Source: Vicugna vicugna (taxonomy: Eukaryota). Taken from it: DNA of 64,000 nt. The stretch is from NCBI GenBank assembly GCA_013265495.1, contig MU058384.1, positions 4,077,239 through 4,141,238 of the forward strand, in the 5' to 3' direction. A program made the position numbers and the translations under genes. Shown one piece after another: positions 41,239 through 64,000 of this stretch (positions within the stretch are counted from its first letter, which is position 1; each line of letters starts with the position of its first letter). A model generated the notes under the pieces. The model had not been told where the DNA came from, searched no databases, and saw only the letters and a program-made list of their open reading frames with translations.

Positions 41239-43479
41239 TTGGTCTTAATTTGAGTGTCAAATAATACATTTTTTGAATAAACAATTGTACAGTGTTAATG
41301 AACCTTTAAGAGGTATGTAGTCTTTAAATAGTGCTGGTCAGTTTAAGTGTACTGTATTACTACTTACTTGCCACTGAGAGGTTTCAAATATAGGCAGCAG
41401 AACAAAAGGAAAAAGGCCCTAAGTATTTTTCTTCTTTTTGAAATGTAAAGTTGTTAAGTGAAATTTCTGAGCATATGCATCCCAATCTGGGTATCACCTT
41501 TTCATGAGACCCTATGGTTAAGGTTGGAGAGGCGATTGCCTACTTGGTAGAATGTTAAATTGTATTCTACCCCATTACTTGAGATAATTGTAATAATTTG
41601 AGTTCTAATCACCTAAAACTTAAGGCTAATGGGTTTCTACTGGGTAGTTGGCAAGACTGAGTACACATCTTTCTAGTCTTTGTTCAAACCAGCCATCAGC
41701 CTCTCTCCATTTATTCACTGGGAAAGTATGCCTAGCATTGAGGGTAAAGCCAGATAAAAAATTATTGGTCTTGGGGATCCAGAACATAGTGTGATGATTA
41801 ACTATAATGTATTATTAGTGGTTCTGGGGAAATGGAAACATACATCTAGATAACAAAACCAAGTATCTTTAGACAGCATTTGCTATTAAACTAGGTGACA
41901 CGCTTTTCCCAGGGACCCACAAATACCGGGTTGAGGACAAACCACCAACCTGCCTGGTACTGGTGTGAGTAGAAGGAAGAATTGGGGTAGCATCTGACAG
42001 TCTTGAGAAAAGGAGAATCTCAAATGAGTCTACTGAAATGGGTTTTGTCCTCTTCGGTACTGAGCACAAGGTACCTCCAGTAAGGATGGGAGAGGCTGAA
42101 GTAGTTTATACCCCCCTCAGTGAACTCTCAAATCGGACCTGTCAAGACAAGACTCCCTTTTATGGACAGGACTCCACACTGAGGAGAAATTATGAAAGGG
42201 GAATCACAATGAGCAGGGTAGAGACAGTAGACAGAGAGGGCTTAGATTCAACTGGGAAGGGGAATTTGGCCAGGAAAATCTTAGAAAACATGCCATCATA
42301 TTTCTGAACACCACTCAAAAATGGCAGAAAAGGTAGTTCTGTAAAGCCAAAAAAGTTTTACTGAACTCTACATCATTCTAGAAGTTCAGGAAAATAATTT
42401 CACTTAAAAGTGAATAATAAAAAAATCTTAATGTCAAATCTCATAAAAAGTTACCAAGATGTGGTATGTATGAATACTTAAGTAAACGTAAAATGGAGGA
42501 AGGATCTCTGAAGAATTGATTTTAAGGGGAAATTGTCAGCAAAGAATTCATGGAAGATGTAGCATTTGACCTGGGCCTGCCTTGCTGTTACCTAAAGTTG
42601 AACATTGAGCTGTATTAATATGGCATCCTGAAGGAGCTTTAGCACTGGTTTCCCTTCTCATGCTCTCAAGGGATGCTCTTTTGGCCCTATTATGTGCAGT
42701 TTGATATCAGACTGGAAAGGAAGAGCAAAAGGGAAGGATAAGGAGCCTGAGAAAATTCTATATAGGATTGCTGATCCATTTGCCTTCTACTTGTACATTG
42801 TCCAACAGCCCTTTCCTGCCCCTTCCATCCTTATCTCGCTTAGACTATTGGACCTGTCATTATAATCACTATTGCTCTGCCAGTTTTTGAGTTTCAAATC
42901 ATTCTTGGTGTCTGTTTTCTCTCATCCCATATACAATTATTTTATTCAGCAAATACTGATTGAATGCCTACCATACACCAGGCACTCTCCTAAAGTGCTG
43001 GAGATACAGCATGGGTTAAAAAAAAATAGTAAGTTCCTGTTCTGAAGTTTAGTTTGGGAGTATGTGGAGCATAAATATATACGGTCTAAGTGCTATAAAG
43101 AAAAATCAAGGAAAGAGTGGAGAGAGATGCTATTTATATATGATATTCAGAGAAAGCCTCTGAGGTCTCCACTAGAATGTAAGCTCCAGGAGGACAAGGA
43201 CCTTACCTGCCTTGCTCATTTGCATTCCTTGTGCTTAGAATGATGCCTGGCACATAGTAGACATTCATTCATGAATGAATAAATGTGGACACAGAAATTA
43301 GTTGAAAAATTCTTCCATTTTAAAATTGTGTAGGTGAGCAGCAGGCACAGTTGATCTTAAATCATGTCACTCCAGTGCATTTCTCCCTGAAATACGAGAA
43401 GCTGTAGCTGTTGTCTCTCAAGAAGCCAGTAGCCTCAGATCAGAATTTAAAACGAGGGTATCACTTGCCATGACTTGGT

Positions 43480-44620
43480 CGACACTTTACCACCCTTGGC
43501 TAGGCCAGGTCAGCGTCCGGGCCACATTTGGCAGCCTAGATAACCAGCAGCGTGTCGTGAACGAACATTGTAAGTACTGCAATGCTGCACTGTTACTCGA
43601 AGACCACGTTTAGCTTCTGCTACCTACCACAGCATATAATGTGCGCTGAGTGGACTAACGAATGATTAAACAATAAATCGCGACTCTTCACAGCAAGCGG
43701 ACTTGGGAGAGAGGCCTCACTTCGGATCTGGATGTAGAGGATGACACACTTTCCCTGCGAAGATCTGTGTGGGGCACCAACTCCGGATCGCGGACCTGAC
43801 CCGGGGGCCATAACGGCTCCGTAATGCCCGCCTGTAGACACCGGTATTTGAGGGCACTCGGGAAACCTACTAAACACACGTCTAGCGAGCACGTCGCCAT
43901 CCCCGCGCGGGCTACCCCCCGCTCCCCTCTGGCTACGGGCTTCTATTGGCTGCCTCGCTGAAGGCCCGCCCTCTTGAAGGAGAAGAAAATCCCAGTAGCC
44001 GATCTAAGCGGCCGTAACTAGCCTGTCTCATTCAATAACCAATCACAGGCAGTGATCTTCAGCCTGGTCCAATGAGATCGGACACGGGTCGTGGCCCGCG
44101 GAGTTTAATTTTCGTCAGGGGATGCGGAAGTGGCGAGCCGGTCGTGGAGGCCAGCTGCAGGTTCGGTGGAACACGGGAGGAGGGCCGCCGCTCCCGCGGA
44201 GTTCCCGCGGCCGAGCGAGGGGCTCCGGGGCCAAGCCCCGGGTCAGTAGGGGCATTGTTACCACCTGTGGCCGGCAAGCCGAGGCGCGGGCGGGCGCTGT
44301 CGACGTCTGAGCTCTTCTGGATCAGGGTGAGCGCTCGCCGGGCTTCGTCCTCTGCGGATTCGCAGCGACGTTCCTTAACGACCGCATCTTGAAGTTGCCG
44401 CAGTTGTCGGGAGGCTGGGCTTCGGAGGAAGGTGAGCCAGGCGACCATGCTGGGTTAGGAGAGACCCCGAGGAAGCTTGCGGCCGAAGTGAGACAGGGCT
44501 GGGCGCTAATCTCGGCCTGTTAATCTGGTAGTCGGGTGACTTAAAGTCACCTCACCTATCGGGGGTTCATATTCCTTATCTTTAAAATGAGCGAGGAGGG
44601 ATGGGTGGTACTCCGATACG
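43480..44620 (+). promoter_or_regulatory. MTFR2: CpG-island promoter of MTFR2
   Basis: CpG-rich. CCAAT boxes at 43945-43949 (reverse), 44039-44043 and 44069-44073, CHR-like CTTGAA 43973-43978, ETS CGGAAGT 44125-44131. Confidence 0.85.
44120..44431 (+). other. MTFR2: MTFR2 exon 1 (5' UTR; start approximate; alternative donors at 44326 and 44431)
   Basis: Donors AGG|gtgagc (44326) and AAG|gtgagc (44431) inside the CpG island. Confidence 0.55.
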
Positions 44621-45120
44621 TTAGTGAGGAAGAGCTACCTTTCATTTTGTCAAAGCCTTGAGTTGGCTCCCTACCTGCTTTCAAGGGTGAGCTGAACTCA
44701 TTCCTCTGCTTAGAGTCTCAGCCCAAAGCTGTGGGAGGGAGCAAGCGTCGCTGTTTCAACTAATTTGAAGCCTTCCTTACTAAATTTCCAATCTGTTGTT
44801 GATTGATATTTATTAACTAGGCTCCCTCAGAGGCTCAACATATCTTACGAAATTTTAATGCCGCTTAACTGTTGAGTTGAAGTTTCTTTTATCAGCCCTT
44901 CCCCATTCTCCCATTCCTCTTTTTCTCTCGTCAGAATAATGCTGGCCAGAGAGATCAGTTGATGTTGTAGTGTGTAACAAAATAATTTTTCCAACTATTT
45001 AACACAATTTGTGTGGCAGTTATTTATTTATCAAGAGTAATTTTAAAAAATTTTTCTCTTCCGAAGGTATTAAGAAACTGATAATGTTTCATTGAATTTG
45101 CTTCTGTGTTTGCTTCCTCA

Positions 45121-61164
<16,044 letters not shown>

Positions 61165-61465
61165 ACTAAAGGAAGAATTGACGAACACAGCAGGTGTCGA
61201 TCAAAGCAGGAACAATGAGGGGTGTGTCTACACGTGGAAAGAAGGCTTGCAGATGTATGCCAGCGTGACTGTCCCCATATGTGAAAAGATCTTATTTCTT
61301 GTTGATGAAGTTAAATGTAGTCTATACACTGGGGTATATTAATGCAAAAGTCTAAAGGATCTTGACACTTAAGAATACCTGTCTCTGGTTTTAGAAGACC
61401 CAGCAGTCACTTGGCTACTGATGGTAGTTAGGTGTATGGATTTTTTTTGTGTGTATGTAAATGTT

Positions 61466-61471
61466 ATTAAA
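61466..61471 (+). terminator. MTFR2: Candidate MTFR2 polyadenylation signal (ATTAAA)
   Basis: ATTAAA about 300 nt after the stop, preceded by a U-rich run and two TGTA motifs. Confidence 0.45.
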
Positions 61472-63857
61472 AGCTGAATATATACTTTGAATGATTTTCC
61501 TAAGAGCTAAATAGTAAATGATTTAATGTTCGTCATTAGAGAATAGTCAGGTCTCATTATAAGGTAACAGAAATCATTTAATGGATTAAGAAAATAGTAT
61601 AAACTATTGTGCTAAGCAGATAATAGTATGTTTGAGTTTTTAAAAATAATTTCTTAAAGCAATTATGACCTCCCCAATTTAAGAGCCTTTGAATCTTTTA
61701 AAAATTGGTAGTGATCTGGTTTACTTCGCCTCCAGCAGCTTGGATATTTTCAAAGGATATAAAATTATAATTCTTTCATACTTTAAGATAGTCATACTTT
61801 GAATCATAGGTTGAACCACCTAAAAGCCTTCCTGAGGTGATAACTATTCTTAGAAGCTGATTTTGAGCATTGAATGCTAGATGGAAGAAGTATGTAAAGA
61901 ACCTTCTTGATCAGTTTTGCCTACACTTGCTGTGTAAACATGGACACCTATTATTTTATTTCCTTTGTTCCTTATTACATGTATACTCTGTTCCTTTGTA
62001 CATAAATGTGCCTTTTTAAACTTATTTGTGTTTTGTAGCAGTTCAAATTCATGTTCTTTCCATACTACATTAGAAAGTCTTAACTCTTTTTTGAAAAAGT
62101 TCAGTAGTTTCTTGGTCACTACAAATGAAACACACGTAAATTTGGAATAGGTATTTTGTCCCTCTGCCCAAGTACTAATGTGGTGTGGAAATTTACATGT
62201 TCCCCTAGAAATGGAGCTTACGTTCCATTTGGATGGACTCAGCACCCACCCGTTTTGCAGGCTCTCCCCTTTCGGAAAAGCCCAGTTTGCTCAGCTTTCA
62301 TGTTGCTGTGGTAGAAAGCTGGCGCCTGGCTCACCTCCGTTTCCGACCCCTTTCTCTCAGCACCTTCCAGTTAGGAGTGTCTGCAGTGTCCAGAATCACA
62401 GAGATGTGAACTCTGACATCACTGAGCTGTTGAACTAATACCAGCACGAGCCATCTCCAGACTTCTTGTTACATGAGAAAGATAAAAAACCAAATGTGCT
62501 TTGTGGGTTTTCTGTTACTTGCAGCGAAAGCATTCATAATGGTACAGCAAGTGCACCAGTGTGGCTTTCTTACCTACCTGGTGTTCCTTCTGTGTAGTTT
62601 TCTGGTACTTCTTACCCTGGTATCAATAGTTTATTTGTTCCTGCAGCTGTTTTTGCCCCTCCTAGACGTTTCCCTCACCTGCCTTTTCTCCTCTCTTGTC
62701 CTTTTAATTAGAGTTCTTGTCCTCTGAAATAACTGCTTCTTATCCCCCAAGGGTAGTCTTGCGTTTTCAGTTATGGTTTCCTTATTTAGAAATGTTTAAT
62801 GAACAACCCTTCCCCAGTAACCAGTGGAAATCTTTGGAAGACACCATTTTCTGTCAAGTGAGGTCTTCTTAAGAAACCTTAAGTTGGTTTTTGTGGGGCT
62901 TTTCTGTTTTACTTCAGAATGAATTTCCTGCTTGCCCAAAGGACACGTCAGGATGCATCAGGATTGAGTTGACCTTGGGCTCACCTCGAAGTCTGACTTC
63001 TGATGTCCTTGGAGACATGAGACCATGCCCTGAAATTCCCCTTCCAGAGGCTTTCTGAATGGCTTACACTTGGCTCCTGGTGACTTATGTTCACCGCAGA
63101 ATTTGTGAATCTGAAACTAAATTATCTAATACCTAAGTGTTATTTATAATATACTTTAAACTTGTCTAAATACACTGAATGCTGAAAGTTCCTCTTCTTG
63201 CAAGTGATACAAGTGCCATCTTCTTTTCCTGACTCTCAAACCTTAGTCCTCCCATTTGCACTAGAAGAGCCCCTCAACTCTTCCCTCTTCCTTGCATGCC
63301 TTAGACTAAGTTGTATTCCCTTTCTTGGTTGGCTGTTAGTTAATCCCATAAATGAATCAAGGCATTTGAGAAAGCATTCTAATACTATTTTATATTTGGG
63401 GGGAAATACTGGGTTTTTAATATAGACTGCAGGAAATTAATACTATTCAAAATCTTAACTATTGAGACATGCTGACGATGACAGTGAATGTCAAGGCAGG
63501 GAGGGGAGGTGGGACTTCCTAGGAGTGTGCAGCAGCATCCAGAGCGGTCCCCGAACTGAAGAGAGTGGCAGGGGACTGCTATGGGGAGGGATGTCAAATG
63601 ACCTTGCTTTTACAATGAGAATGCGTTAGTGCTTTAATTATGGAGTTTAAATAAAAGCCATTTGCATGGAGGATGATTTAGATGATAGCAATGGGAAAAG
63701 AGGATTGTAAATGTGCTTTGCCAGATATTAAGCACAGACTCTCCTTAGACTGGAGAGGTTAAGTATGCAGTTGGATTTGCTGTAAATTGAAAAACAAAAC
63801 AAAACCAAAAAGAGTCAGTGGGAATGAAGTGTGAGATTTTTACATCAAAAAAGGGCT

Positions 63858-64000
63858 ACTGCAGATTGGATTTTCTGGGAGGCAGACTCTGAAATTGAGA
63901 CTAATGCGAGGAAGTCTGTCTGGGTGCGTTCTCAGGATCACACCCCTGCAAGGGAAGGAAGTGGGACGGGGTGAGGGAGAAGTTGGGCTGCGATGGACCT
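63858..64000. mobile_element. ERVL-type LTR fragment (cut by window end)
   Basis: ctgggaggcagactctgaaattgaga...ggatcacacccctg...gagggagaagttgggctgcgatg resembles old ERVL LTR ends. Family uncertain. Confidence 0.45.

Noticed and set aside
43620..44448. Overlapping ORFs at the MTFR2 promoter
   Set aside because: Same CpG-island effect. Low-complexity Arg/Gly/Pro translations.

Overview
Mammalian genomic DNA, very probably a camelid (it carries a Vic-1-type tRNA-derived SINE). Two complete, tandem, + strand, intron-containing genes are present, each behind a CpG-island promoter. The first is BCLAF1 (13 exons, ATG 15438, stop 33553, 921 aa by my exon assembly). The second is MTFR2/FAM54A (8 exons, ATG 45121, stop 61164, 360 aa). 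The rest is introns and intergenic DNA with ordinary interspersed repeats: 5'-truncated L1s (several with readable target-site duplications), L2, MIR, MaLR/ERVL LTRs and MER DNA transposons. I see no novel multi-gene system. The most interesting signals concern RNA processing: an apparent lineage-specific nonsense truncation of MTFR2 with a possible splice rescue, two candidate poison exons in BCLAF1 introns 6 and 9, a stop-free last BCLAF1 intron encoding a hydrophobic tail, alternative acceptors, and uORFs in both genes. Gene identities and human comparisons rest on my recollection of the proteins, not on a database search.
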